In this document: in pieces, positions 9,748-19,819 of the stretch | Position numbering within the stretch: position 1 is the first letter of the stretch | Layout: the number at the start of each line of letters is the position of its first letter | Assembly: GCA_963718895.1 (NCBI GenBank) | Contig: CAVRAG010000007.1 | Span: 96,001-160,000, forward strand | Length of the DNA stretch: 64,000 nt | Source of the DNA: an uncultured Nitrososphaerota archaeon | GTDB taxonomy: Archaea; Thermoproteota; Nitrososphaeria; Nitrososphaerales; Gagatemarchaeaceae | Direction of reading: 5' to 3' | Notes under the pieces: generated by a model | What the model saw: only the letters and a program-made list of their open reading frames with translations | Told to the model about the DNA's origin: nothing | The model's database searches: none | Program-made: the position numbers and the translations under genes

Positions 9748-11227
9748 ATGCCCATCACTTTCGAGGTCAAGGAGACGGACCTTATGGGCAGGATAGGAGT
9801 CCTGAAGGTGGGCGGGAAGAGCATCGAGACCCCCTGTCTCGTCCCGGTCATCCATCCGGTCCTGCGCGACATCCCTCTGGCCAAGTACACCGAGATGGGC
9901 TTCGGCGCCCTGATGACCAACTCCTTCATCGCGTTCAAGCGGAGAAAGGAGGAGGCGCTCGAGAAGGGCCTGCACAGGATGCTCGGCTACGACGGGGTCA
10001 TCATGACCGACTCGGGAGGCTACCAGGTCCTGCAGTACGGTCAGGTCGATATGACTCCGAGCGTCATCGCGGAGTTCCAGGCCGCCGTCGGTTCAGACCT
10101 TGCCGTGACGCTGGACAGGCCGACCGGCTACTCGCTCTCGGAGGAGTACGCCCGCGAGACCATGAAGGTGAGCCTGGAGGGCGCGAGGGAGACGATCAAG
10201 AAGTTCGGAACCTCGGCGACCACCTGGGTGGGGCCGATCCAGGGCGGCCTCTTCGGCGGCCTCGTCAGGACCTCGACCCGAGCGCTGCTCAGGGCGGGGT
10301 TCGAGGTCCTCGCGCTGGGCAGTCCCGTCGAGATGATGGACAACTACCTGTTCGACGACCTCGTCCGCATGATAGTCGCCGCTCGGAGGGCGATGCCCTA
10401 CTCCGTACCACTCCACCTCTTCGGCGCAGGGCACCCGCTCACCCTTCCCCTCTCGGTGGCGCTCGGCTGCGACACCTTCGACTCGGCGAGCTACGTCCTC
10501 TTCGCCAGACAGGGCAGGTACATGACCGAGAGAGGGACGCTTATCCTCGAGGAGATGACATACCTCCCCTGCAGCTGCCCGACCTGCAACTCGACGACCA
10601 AGACTGACCTCGTGCTCATGGAGAGGAGAGAGAGAGTGAACAAGCTATCCCTCCACAACCTCTACCTGCTCAGACAGGACGTCCTCCGCTGCAAGGAGGC
10701 GATCTCAGAGGGACGGCTCTGGGACCTCGTCGAGGAGAGGGCCGCCGCCCACCCCAGGGTGATGACCGCATTCCGCGAGCTGGCCAAGAACAGCGGGTGG
10801 CTCGCGGCAGGGACCCCATTTCTCAAGGAGCGCGGCCTGCTCGTGCGCAGCGAGATCGACGGGTCCCGCCCCGAGGTCGAAAGGGCCCGTGAGCACCTCG
10901 CGCCGATCGATGAGGAGACGGTCGAGCGGCGCCATACTGGTAGTCCCTGAAGGAGACGGCCCGCTCTCGAGGAGCCCGCTCTATCAGCTGGCTCTGAAGC
11001 TGATGAAGAGAGGTCCCGGCCGCGACGTCTACAAGCTCCACCGCCTTCTAGGCCCCTATCCGGCGGAGCTCGAGTTCGTGTATCCTTTCACCCAGACAGT
11101 CGCCGACGGGGAGCTCGACCGCGGGCAGGTCCGGGAGGCGGTCCGGCGGCTGAGGAAGATGGGATACTCGTCGGTGGTCCTCTGCGAGAAGCCCAGGGCC
11201 AAGACGGACGCGAAGAGAGACGCCTAG
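9748..11227 (+). CDS. tgtA: Archaeal tRNA-guanine(15) transglycosylase (frameshift near 10900)
   Basis: MTDSGGYQ, HLFGAGHP, DTFDSASY, CSCPTC Zn site; C-terminal GPYPAELEFVYPFTQT continues in frame 10889-11227. Confidence 0.9.
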
Positions 11228-11973
11228 GAGTAGATGGCGCTCGAGGGTCCGCGTTCCCTGTCCTTCTGGGCCATGCCCATCAGCTCCCTCTCAAGCTCCT
11301 CGGCGCCCTTGATCAGGGGCGCGGTGCTGACCTTGAACCCGTAGCGTTTCGCCAGGAACTCGACCGCGCTCGCCGAGGCCCTCGGGTCGACCCTCTCGGT
11401 GTTCGAGTAGGCCAGGAGCGCGTAGGCGGGGATGTTGTGCATCTGCAGCGTGTTCAGGAGGATGGCGACCGGCCCGACAATCATCCTGCCTTCCTCGAGG
11501 ACCGGTTCGTCCTTCAGCTCCTCGAGCTTCGCCATCGCGTCCGTCACCACCACCCTGTACTTCGAGTCGTCACCCCGTAGCGAGTCGTCCAGGCCGCCGA
11601 TGAGCGCAACCTCGTGGACCCCCGACTCGACGATCCACTGCCCCAGCTCCCTGAAGAACTTGTTCTCGTTCTCCCTGAGAGGCGGTACGTCGGCTTTGAG
11701 CAGCGCCAGGTCTCCCGCGACGAAGAGCTCGTAGGGCGTCGAGATCATGCTGTTGAGAGTGGAGGAGACCGCGGGGGCGAACTCCGAGTCGATGTAGAAC
11801 GCGCGTTTGGCCTTCAGCTCCTCGATCAGGAACTTGACGGACCAGTAGCCCGTCGCGCCGATCCCGTGGAACCCCGCGATGAGGGTCTTGGTCTTCAGAC
11901 CCTTCCCCTCTGGTATTATCCGGATCGATGACAAGGAGATTACCCCGCTCCGGGAGCCTCTCCTTAAACTCAT
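11224..11973 (-). CDS. PAC2-family proteasome assembly chaperone
   Basis: IAGFHGIGATG, IGGL, DPRASA, C-terminal HbYX-like tail IYS. Confidence 0.88.
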   Translation of the reverse strand: MSLRRGSRSGVISLSSIRIIPEGKGLKTKTLIAGFHGIGATGYWSVKFLIEELKAKRAFYIDSEFAPAVSSTLNSMISTPYELFVAGDLALLKADVPPLRENENKFFRELGQWIVESGVHEVALIGGLDDSLRGDDSKYRVVVTDAMAKLEELKDEPVLEEGRMIVGPVAILLNTLQMHNIPAYALLAYSNTERVDPRASASAVEFLAKRYGFKVSTAPLIKGAEELERELMGMAQKDRERGPSSAIYS

Positions 11974-12039
11974 CTGTTGGAGTCCATTCGCTCGACCCTC
12001 TGAAAGCCTGATAAAGCTCGAGGCTCACCGGAGACACGC

Positions 12040-12867
12040 ATGACTCAGTTGAGCCGTTCCAGGGTCAGCTTCCCGGGACCATCTCATCCGGTGAACGCCT
12101 ACGTCTCCAAGCCCGACGACGGCGGGAGGCACCCAGGCCTCATCCTGATTCACGAGATATGGGGCCTGAACCAGCAGATTGAGGGGGTCGCAGACCGGTT
12201 CGCGAACGAGGGTTATGCGGTGGCTGCTCCGGACCTCATGGGCTCCGACCCGAAGCTCGCACCGGTCTTCGCCGCGGAGAGCGTCGCGGCGGTCAGGCGA
12301 TTCATGGCGACGCTCCAGCCGGGGAGGATGCGGGACCAGTCATATCAGCAGCAGGAGCTCGCCAAGCTCCCCGAAGGCGAGAGGGCCACGGTAGGGAGGT
12401 TCTACTCGGTGGCCTTCGGGGGCGCGCTCCCCTACGGGAGGTTCCTCGAGGAGCTGTCCTCTACCCACGCACACCTAGCGGAGCAGCCGTCCGTAATCCC
12501 CGCGAGGATCGGCAGCCTAGGGTTCTGCTTCGGCGGGTCGATGTCCGCGAGGCTCGCCTGTACCGGAAAGACGCAGGCCTGCGTGGTCTTCTACGGCCAG
12601 AACCCAGACCCGATAGACCTCGTCGAGAAGATGAACTGCCCGTTTCTGGGCAACTACGGAGGCGAGGACGCCGGGCTGGACGCGACCCTGGACAAGCTGG
12701 TCGCTGCGATGGTGAGGTACAAGAAGGACTTTGAGATGAAAATCTACCCGGGCGCGCCCCACGCGTTCTTCAACGAGACGAGCCCTGCGACCTACAGGGA
12801 GGCCGCCGCGAAAGAGGCCTGGGAGAGGTCCCTCGGATTCCTCGACAGGACTCTGAAGCAGGGCTGA
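12040..12867 (+). CDS. Dienelactone hydrolase family protein
   Basis: HEIWGLN, GFCFGG nucleophile, YGGED, GAPHAFFN. Confidence 0.92.
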   Translation: MTQLSRSRVSFPGPSHPVNAYVSKPDDGGRHPGLILIHEIWGLNQQIEGVADRFANEGYAVAAPDLMGSDPKLAPVFAAESVAAVRRFMATLQPGRMRDQSYQQQELAKLPEGERATVGRFYSVAFGGALPYGRFLEELSSTHAHLAEQPSVIPARIGSLGFCFGGSMSARLACTGKTQACVVFYGQNPDPIDLVEKMNCPFLGNYGGEDAGLDATLDKLVAAMVRYKKDFEMKIYPGAPHAFFNETSPATYREAAAKEAWERSLGFLDRTLKQG

Positions 12868-12973
12868 GCGGGGAGGCCGGGTCGCGGTCTCGGGGACCTG
12901 GGGCTAGTACACCCCGGACCACAGACAAACACTTAAAGAATGGCCGTCGAGGTCGAAAACGCTGCTTATAGTT

Positions 12974-14233
12974 ATGCAAGTTAAAGTCCTAGGGGCAGCC
13001 CGCCAGGTCGGCAGGTCGGGCTTCCAGATATCACATGGAGACACCAGCATCCTGCTCGACTATGGTGCCATGACGACGAAGGAACCGGGGTTCCCCGTCC
13101 ACGTCCAGCCGAAGACCGTCGACGGGCTCGTGCTCAGCCACGCTCACCTGGACCACTCGGGAGCCGCTCCCGTCTTCTTCATAGGAGGCGAGAAGGTGAA
13201 GATGCACGGGACGCCCGTCACCTCCGAGCTCTCGAGCATGCTCATCAACGACTTCATCAAGATCTCTGGTCCGTACCTCCCGTTCGAGTATCTGGACCTC
13301 CTGGCCATGGAGAAGAGCACCATAAACCACGGTTACAAGCAGAGCTTCCAGATCAAGGACATGACGATTACCTTCTACGACGCTGGCCACATCCCCGGCT
13401 CCTGCATAGTCGCCGTCGAGGCAGGATCGAAGCGGTTGATCTACACGGGCGACATCAACGGCGCCGAGACCGAGCTGCTCAATCCCTCGTTCAAGTCCCT
13501 CGGGGAGGCGGACATGGTCATCACCGAGAGCACCTACGCGACGGCCGAGCACCCGGAGAGGCAGAAGGTGGAGAGGGAGTTCGTTGCCTACGCCAACGAG
13601 GTGGTCGAGAGGGGAGGCGTCCTCCTAGCGCCGGCCTTCTCCGTGGGCAGGGCCCAGGAGCTCGCCATGACGCTCTACAGGCACGGCTTCAAGCATCCGA
13701 TAGGCATGGACGGGATGGCCCTCAAGGTCAACGAGATCATAATGCGGTACCAGGAGTACATCCGCGACCCCACCCTCTTCCGCAGGACGCTCGAGTCCAT
13801 GGAACAGATTACCGGGTGGTCACAGAGGAGGAACTTTATCCAGAGGCCTGGCGTGATAATCTCCCCCGCGGGGATGCTCGTGGGCGGCGCCTCGATCTTC
13901 TACAACGAGAGGCTCTCCCAGAAGGAGAAGAACGGCATCTCGCTCGTCAGCTTCCAGGTCCCGGGGACTCCGGGGAGGACGCTGCTCGACAGGGGCCTGA
14001 CGCTCATAAACGGCAAGCCGACGAAGGTCAAGGCCGAGGTCAGGAAGTTCGACTTCTCGTCGCACAGCGGCAGGACCACACTGCTCTCGGACCTCAAGGG
14101 CATCGGCGGCTCGCCGAGGTTCATGACTGTCCACGGAGAGGAGGAGAGCTGCGTCCAGCTCGCCACAGATCTCCACAACGAGCTTGGCGCCGAGACCTTC
14201 GCGCCCAAGGTAAGCGAAGTATACGAGGTCTAA
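12974..14233 (+). CDS. beta-CASP metallo-beta-lactamase ribonuclease (aCPSF-type, no KH domains)
   Basis: SHAHLDHSG, AGHIPGS, YTGD, ESTY, FSVGRAQE, FSSH, VHGE. Confidence 0.92.
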   Translation: MQVKVLGAARQVGRSGFQISHGDTSILLDYGAMTTKEPGFPVHVQPKTVDGLVLSHAHLDHSGAAPVFFIGGEKVKMHGTPVTSELSSMLINDFIKISGPYLPFEYLDLLAMEKSTINHGYKQSFQIKDMTITFYDAGHIPGSCIVAVEAGSKRLIYTGDINGAETELLNPSFKSLGEADMVITESTYATAEHPERQKVEREFVAYANEVVERGGVLLAPAFSVGRAQELAMTLYRHGFKHPIGMDGMALKVNEIIMRYQEYIRDPTLFRRTLESMEQITGWSQRRNFIQRPGVIISPAGMLVGGASIFYNERLSQKEKNGISLVSFQVPGTPGRTLLDRGLTLINGKPTKVKAEVRKFDFSSHSGRTTLLSDLKGIGGSPRFMTVHGEEESCVQLATDLHNELGAETFAPKVSEVYEV

Positions 14234-14239
14234 CCCCTC

Positions 14240-15094
14240 TTGGGCGCAGACGTGGGACCAAGAGCCATCAACTCCAGCGGAATCGCCCTCACCCTGGGCT
14301 TCATCGTGGTCGTCCAGGCCGTCGCGCTCTACTTCACCTATGTGAACGCCCCCGTCACGGCCCAGGCGGGGGGTTCATTCGCCCCTGCGGGGACCTCTGA
14401 CTTCGGCTCTCTCTCCAACGCCGTTATCCTGGTCCTGGCTGTCTTCGCGACGACCCTGGCGGCGATCTGGCTCATCAGGAACAGGAGGGTCCGGATCTTC
14501 ACCTCCATAGTGTTCGTGGGGACGTCCCTTGCCCTCTTCCTCCTCACGCTCCTCACGGCCATCGATGTCACCTCCGGCTACATGTCAGACTACGCCTCCC
14601 TCTACCTCTCCCTGGCGCTCTCGGCCGGCGCGGTCCTGCTCTTCACCCTGAGCATCCGCAGGAGGAGGTTCCTGCTCGTCGCCCCGCTCGTCACCGGCCT
14701 CCTCTCCGCAGAGGTGGGCAGCTACTTCGCCTCGGCCATCCCCCTCTACACGGCGCTCATCCTCCCGCTCGTCTTCTCGGTCTACGACATCTACGCGGTC
14801 TTCGCCGGACCCCTCAGGCAGCTGGTCTCGATCGCGCCCCCGGAGGTGCTCACCGCCGTCACATCCCAGCTCGGGGAGTTCTCGATCGGGACGGGCGACA
14901 CCATATTCTATTCGATGCTCCCGGCACTCGCCCTCTACCAGTTCAACGTCGCCTATGCGCTCTACACGCTGGCGGCCGTGGACCTCGGGGTGATCGTGAC
15001 CCTCTACCTTCTCTCGAAGTCGAAACTGCTCCCCGGCCTGCCGATACCCATGGCGTTCGGGCTGGGGACGCTACTCCTGCTGATCTTCGCCTAG
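14240..15094 (+). CDS. Presenilin/SPP-like GxGD intramembrane aspartyl protease (A22)
   Basis: Multi-TM; VYDIYAVF, IGTGD, PAL-like LPGLP. Confidence 0.8.
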   Translation: MGADVGPRAINSSGIALTLGFIVVVQAVALYFTYVNAPVTAQAGGSFAPAGTSDFGSLSNAVILVLAVFATTLAAIWLIRNRRVRIFTSIVFVGTSLALFLLTLLTAIDVTSGYMSDYASLYLSLALSAGAVLLFTLSIRRRRFLLVAPLVTGLLSAEVGSYFASAIPLYTALILPLVFSVYDIYAVFAGPLRQLVSIAPPEVLTAVTSQLGEFSIGTGDTIFYSMLPALALYQFNVAYALYTLAAVDLGVIVTLYLLSKSKLLPGLPIPMAFGLGTLLLLIFA

Positions 15095-15285
15095 AGCTCG
15101 ACGAGCGGGGCCTTCGAGCCCTTGGTGAGGGCCTCGACCTCGCCCTCCTTCGTCTTGTAGGTGTAGAGCTGGTCGGCGGTCCTGATCTTTATCTTGGTGG
15201 AATCTCCCTTCCTGAGCACACGGATCTCTGTGGCCGAAGGCAGGAGCTTCTGGAACTCCTCCTTGCTCATTATCTCTCTTGGCAT
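15091..15285 (-). CDS. rpl38e: Ribosomal protein eL38 (L38e)
   Basis: MPREI...EEF...KIKIRT...LYTYK pattern, 64 aa, basic. Confidence 0.75.
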   Translation of the reverse strand: MPREIMSKEEFQKLLPSATEIRVLRKGDSTKIKIRTADQLYTYKTKEGEVEALTKGSKAPLVEL

Positions 15286-15421
15286 AGAGCGTGGCCCTGC
15301 CACGGGCTGGATTTAATCGTTCACCATGCCTTCCTTCTCCGCCCAGCGGAGGTCCTTCCGGTCCCCTCGGGGGAGGGGTTCGGAGCCGAAGAGAGACAGG
15401 TAGGCTGGTCCGAGAGAGGCG

Positions 15422-15973
15422 CTACCTACTCTCTGTCTGACGGTCCTGGATAACCTTCACGAGCCTGCTCAACTGCTGGTCGAGACCCAGCGCAGCCTGT
15501 TGCGTCCATTCGATGTCGTGCATCTCGTCCTGGGTCAACGTCAGCCTTACTCCCGCGGGGGAGTCATGGAGCTCGACGACCGTCGTGATCTCATAGTTAG
15601 CGACGCCGGGGACGAAGTCGACGGTTGTCCTGTAGGCGAGACGCGAGCGCGGGACGACCTCCGTGTAGGTCGAGCGACCTATGTTGAGGAGCGGCAGGCC
15701 GGCCGCTGTCAGCGCCTCGACCTGGGGATCGTCGGTCGCCTTCATGGCGTACTCGAACGTCCCGCCTGGACGGAGGTCCAACGACCTGACCTTCGTCACG
15801 AACCCGTAGGGCCCCCACCAGGACTCGAGGCCCGCGCTCGTCGTCCAGAGGTCCCACGTCTCGTCCAGAGATGCCTTGAAGATTCGCTCGAGCGTGACCT
15901 TCCCCCTCCTGGGCCCCGGTGACTTGGCCCGCGTCTTCCTTGCCTTCTTTGGCGCGACTGCGGTCCTAGGCAT
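15422..15973 (-). CDS. SRPBCC/AHSA1 domain protein
   Basis: LERIF...WDLWT...WWGP.GF...DLRPGG. Confidence 0.85.
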   Translation of the reverse strand: MPRTAVAPKKARKTRAKSPGPRRGKVTLERIFKASLDETWDLWTTSAGLESWWGPYGFVTKVRSLDLRPGGTFEYAMKATDDPQVEALTAAGLPLLNIGRSTYTEVVPRSRLAYRTTVDFVPGVANYEITTVVELHDSPAGVRLTLTQDEMHDIEWTQQAALGLDQQLSRLVKVIQDRQTESR

Positions 15974-16085
15974 GCACGGCCCCCCCTCCAATTCGTAGAT
16001 AGACGTTGCCCTTCAGGGCACCTCCGCAGACCGAGGGGCCCGGTCACCTCTTCGTTATATACTCGGCCAGGCGCAAAACAACGAG

Positions 16086-17570
16086 ATGACTTCTGGGGCC
16101 ATCCTGGTGAAGGACTATGCAATCAAGCGCGTATCGACGGGCAACGCCGACCTCGACGAGCTTCTGAGCGGGGGCGTTCCGAGGGGGAGCCTGATCCTCG
16201 TGGCGGGCAACCCGGGGACGGGTAAGACGATATTCACCGCCGGCTTCCTCTATGACGGGGCCAGGAACAAGGGCGAGAGCGGGATCTACATCTCCTTCAG
16301 CGAGGGCAAGCGAAGCTTCTACGAGGAGATGAAGACGGTAGGGCTCGACTTTGAGAGCATCGAGAAGGAGGGCCGCTTCCACTTCCTCGAGATGTTCTCG
16401 GCTACGAGGGAGGGAATGGGAAGGTTGACCTCCGACATTGTCGAGGCGATAAAGAAGTTCGAGGCGAAGCGGCTTGTGATTGACTCGTACTCGGTCATGG
16501 CCCAGGCGACCGGGGGCCATTACGAAGGACGGCAGATCCTCCACACGGTCCTGAGCAAGGTCGTGAGGAACCTTGGGTGCACGACACTTATCATCGCGGA
16601 GCAGCCGAGCGGGGACCTTCGTCTGGGGGACGCGTCAGAGGAGTTCGTGGCAGACGGCGTCCTGAACTTGAAGATGACCATCCCCCGCGAGCTCGAGATC
16701 AGGAAGATGAGGGGGACGAGGCTGAAGACGAGGGACGCCCTCTACACGATAGACAACGGCTTCCGCGTCGCGACGACCAGGCTGAGATCCCCCGCCGCAC
16801 CCCAGAGATGGAAGCCCATCCCTGACTCAGGGGAGCTCATCTCCACAGGCAGTTCGGACTTTGATGCGATACTCGGAGGAGGTTTCCCCAAGGGATCGTA
16901 CTTCGTGGTCGAGATGGCGACCGACGTGCAGATCAGCGAGATGCGCCTCGTCACCCGCGCCATCTCGTTGAACTTCATCAATCAGGGCAGGGGGACCATG
17001 ATAGTCCCCACCGGCGGCGTCGATGGCCGGGGGATCAAGGAAGCGTGGAGCCCCTACACGACGGAGAAGGAGTTCGATAGCTACGTGAGGATCCAGGAGC
17101 CCGTCCCGGGACTCAAAAAGAAAGAGTCCGAGAAGGCGAAGCACCCGTACACGGTCCCCGTCATGCTCGCCGAAGGAGCCAGGGACGAGAAGGAGATCGA
17201 CGCAAGCTCTGAGTCCTTCGACGCCGCCTACGACGACCTGAAGGCCAGGACTCACGGCCACCCGGTCCTCAGGAACATCGGCTACGACAACATTGAGGCC
17301 AGCTACGCGAGGTTCCCCGAGAAGCTCCTGAACGAGGTCGGGACGGCCATAGTTCAGACCAGGTTGAGGGGGGACCTGACCATGGGCATCGCCCGGCCGA
17401 ACTTCTTCATACTGCCGAAGGTGCTCGGCATGGTCGACCTACACGTCAAGCTATGGAAGAAGGACGGGGTGCTGTTGCTCCAGGGCGTGAAGCCCTACAC
17501 GAACATCTATTCCGTAGACTGCGACGTTACGCTAGGATATCCCGTGATGAAGCTCTCGATAATGATCTAG
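16086..17570 (+). CDS. KaiC/RAD55-like tandem ATPase with degenerate second (GvpD-like) domain
   Basis: STG..DLD..L.GG, GNPGTGKT, RLVIDS, EIRKMRG; second ISTG..FD..LGGG domain lacks Walker A. Confidence 0.85.
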   Translation: MTSGAILVKDYAIKRVSTGNADLDELLSGGVPRGSLILVAGNPGTGKTIFTAGFLYDGARNKGESGIYISFSEGKRSFYEEMKTVGLDFESIEKEGRFHFLEMFSATREGMGRLTSDIVEAIKKFEAKRLVIDSYSVMAQATGGHYEGRQILHTVLSKVVRNLGCTTLIIAEQPSGDLRLGDASEEFVADGVLNLKMTIPRELEIRKMRGTRLKTRDALYTIDNGFRVATTRLRSPAAPQRWKPIPDSGELISTGSSDFDAILGGGFPKGSYFVVEMATDVQISEMRLVTRAISLNFINQGRGTMIVPTGGVDGRGIKEAWSPYTTEKEFDSYVRIQEPVPGLKKKESEKAKHPYTVPVMLAEGARDEKEIDASSESFDAAYDDLKARTHGHPVLRNIGYDNIEASYARFPEKLLNEVGTAIVQTRLRGDLTMGIARPNFFILPKVLGMVDLHVKLWKKDGVLLLQGVKPYTNIYSVDCDVTLGYPVMKLSIMI

Positions 17571-18399
17571 ACCCTCTGGCCCCCTCGCCGTCGGACCCGG
17601 CGAGATGAAGAGGTCTTCCGACCCGGCTCCGCTTGCTGGACCGGACAAAGAGGAGGTACTTCCTGTGCCTGTACGCACGTTCCGATGTCAAGGCCTTCCT
17701 CACGGCCTCGGTCGGTCTCGCCCGCGAGAGGTACTCTACCACGACGTCGCAGTCGCGTATCTCGCCGAGGGCGTCCTGCCAGACCCTCAGGTCGCTGACA
17801 AGCCTCGACTGGTTCCTCACCGAGGGGAAGAGTTCTAGGGTGTATCTCAGCCGCTTGCAGTGCTTGCGGAGCGAGTGCAGCTCGTCGACCTTGGCTTCGT
17901 CCTTGAGCGCGACGCGCGACTCGAGCGCTATCTCGGCTTTCAGTTCGTCGAGGGCGCCCTCGGCCCGCCGGGCGAACCTCGGCAGGTCCCGCCTCGCGAG
18001 CTTTGGAGGGTGGTGTTCGAAGAGTTTCCATGCGGCCTTTCTCGTCCGGTCTACGAACTCCTCCCTCTCCTCCCCGAGGTTCTTCAGCATGAAGGCCACG
18101 GTCGAGTCCTCCTTGTGCCTCGCGATCCTCTCGCTGAGAAGGTCGACGTCCCTGATCCGGGATGTCTCCCTGAGGACTTCCCGGCACCTCTCGTGGCACC
18201 GGCGCATCGCCTTCTCCTTCTGCGCGCCCTTGGGGAGGACCCTTATCGCGGCGTCGAGCCTCCTCACGGCCGCGCGCAGGCTCTTGGTCTGGGTCCTCCC
18301 GGGGTCGCCGAGGTACTCCCGGAGCGCCTTGTTCAGCCTGTCCTTGAGCCTCTCGTAGTGGTCGAGGAACTGGATTACGGTCGCGCTAGTCTCCGTCAT
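17527..18399 (-). CDS. CHAD domain (polyphosphate-binding) protein
   Basis: RDVD, LHSLRKHCKRLRYTLE, QDALGEIRDCD; highly basic. Confidence 0.88.
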   Translation of the reverse strand: MTETSATVIQFLDHYERLKDRLNKALREYLGDPGRTQTKSLRAAVRRLDAAIRVLPKGAQKEKAMRRCHERCREVLRETSRIRDVDLLSERIARHKEDSTVAFMLKNLGEEREEFVDRTRKAAWKLFEHHPPKLARRDLPRFARRAEGALDELKAEIALESRVALKDEAKVDELHSLRKHCKRLRYTLELFPSVRNQSRLVSDLRVWQDALGEIRDCDVVVEYLSRARPTEAVRKALTSERAYRHRKYLLFVRSSKRSRVGRPLHLAGSDGEGARGSRSLSRASSRDILA

Positions 18400-19108
18400 G
18401 GAGATATCTGTCTATCCTGCCCTGGAGGTCTGCGTTGACTTCGAAGATCGTGCGGTTCGCGTCTATCGGGACGAGCCCGTGAGTCCTCTCCATCCGCTTG
18501 AACTCCTTGGCCATCATCTTCTGATAGATGACGAACGAGTCGAAGAGGTCGTCCGAGAGCCCCAGGTCGGCCCCTGACTCATAGTAGTCGAGCCCGGAGT
18601 ACTTCTGAAAGACTCGGTGGAAGAGCTCGCCCGGGTCCACGTCCAGGTAGAAGACGAGGTCGGGCTTCATGGTGAACCCGAAGAGGTCGTGGGACCACTT
18701 CCTGCTCGTGCCCCTCACGATGCTCCTCGCTATCAGCGTGTAGATGTAGCGATCCGCGAGCACGATGTAGCCGGCTTCTAGCGCGGGGATTATCTTGTGC
18801 TCGAGCTGGTCCGCAAAGTCTGCGGCGTAGAAGAGGGTGAGGGTCTTCTTGCCCAGGGGCAGCTTCTGCTTCGCCTCGAGGATCCCCTTCCCGATCAGCT
18901 CCGACCTCTTGAGCCCGGTCGTCGCGACGGCGTGACCCTCGGACTCGAGCTTTGCGGTGATGAGCTCGACCTGCGTGCTCCTTCCAGATCCGTCGGGTCC
19001 CTCTAGGACGATCAACCTGCCCTTGATCTCCCTTCCCTTGAGGTAGGGGATCCCGTCCCCGTAGAAGGTGAGCGGCCTCGGTCCCAGGGCCTTCCCCGAC
19101 CTGATCAC
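18386..19108 (-). CDS. Thymidylate-kinase-like protein, probable PPK3 subunit with altered P-loop
   Basis: EGPDGSGRST (Lys to Arg), LADRY, YYESG.D; polyP gene context. Confidence 0.75.
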   Translation of the reverse strand: MIRSGKALGPRPLTFYGDGIPYLKGREIKGRLIVLEGPDGSGRSTQVELITAKLESEGHAVATTGLKRSELIGKGILEAKQKLPLGKKTLTLFYAADFADQLEHKIIPALEAGYIVLADRYIYTLIARSIVRGTSRKWSHDLFGFTMKPDLVFYLDVDPGELFHRVFQKYSGLDYYESGADLGLSDDLFDSFVIYQKMMAKEFKRMERTHGLVPIDANRTIFEVNADLQGRIDRYLHDGD

Positions 19109-19806
19109 TGGGAATCCAGCTCCCTAAGTGCGATGGCGGCCGCGGCGGCTGGTAGGAGCTCCACGACCTGTCTCCGCATCTGCGCCTGCTGAACCTCGAT
19201 GTCGAGTGACCCGTCCATCACCCTGAATCCCTCGGTCGCAGCCATGGCCTTGTACTCCTCGATTATCCGGGACTGGAATATCCTGTAACTCTCGTACTCG
19301 TCGTTGGCGAGGTTGAGGTCCATCCCGGCCTCGTAGTACTTCAGCTTGGGCCGGCCGGTCAGTATCCGCTGCACCGCCACTTCGACGGGGACGTGGTAGT
19401 AGAAGGCGGCGTCGGGCTTCGCCGCGAAGCTGTAGACCCTCCGGACCCACCGTGGGTTGCAGCCCCTGACGGCGTCCCTGGCGAAGGCCGTGTAGACGTA
19501 GCGGTCCGCCAGGACGAAGTACCCGGCGCGGAGAAGCGGGGCGACGTTCCTCTCGTACCTGTCGGCGAAGTCGGTCGCGTGCAGGAGGCTGAAGGTCGTT
19601 GGCGTGAGGAGCGCCTTCTTCTTCCCCTTGGAGGTGATCTCCTTGACGACCTCCGAGGAGTTCCATTCGGTGTTGAAGACCAGCAGCCCCAGATGCCGGA
19701 GCCACTTGTCGAGCAGATGCAGCTGCGTGGACTTGCCCGAGCCGTCGATCCCCTCGACGACGATGAGCCTGCCACGGGGCCGCTCCCTTGGCGCACCCTC
19801 CTTCAC
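19105..19806 (-). CDS. Thymidylate-kinase-like protein, probable PPK3 subunit with intact P-loop
   Basis: EGIDGSGKST, TEWNSS, LADRY, YYEAGMD; overlaps paralog by 4 nt. Confidence 0.78.
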   Translation of the reverse strand: MKEGAPRERPRGRLIVVEGIDGSGKSTQLHLLDKWLRHLGLLVFNTEWNSSEVVKEITSKGKKKALLTPTTFSLLHATDFADRYERNVAPLLRAGYFVLADRYVYTAFARDAVRGCNPRWVRRVYSFAAKPDAAFYYHVPVEVAVQRILTGRPKLKYYEAGMDLNLANDEYESYRIFQSRIIEEYKAMAATEGFRVMDGSLDIEVQQAQMRRQVVELLPAAAAAIALRELDSQ

Positions 19807-19819
19807 GCTCGTCCCCGGC

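Noticed and set aside
16086-17570. Circadian clock or gas vesicle locus
   Set aside because: No kaiA/kaiB or gvpA-type genes in the window
18386-19806. Duplicated true thymidylate kinases (tmk)
   Set aside because: The polyP context and the altered P-loop in one copy fit PPK3 better; symbol withheld
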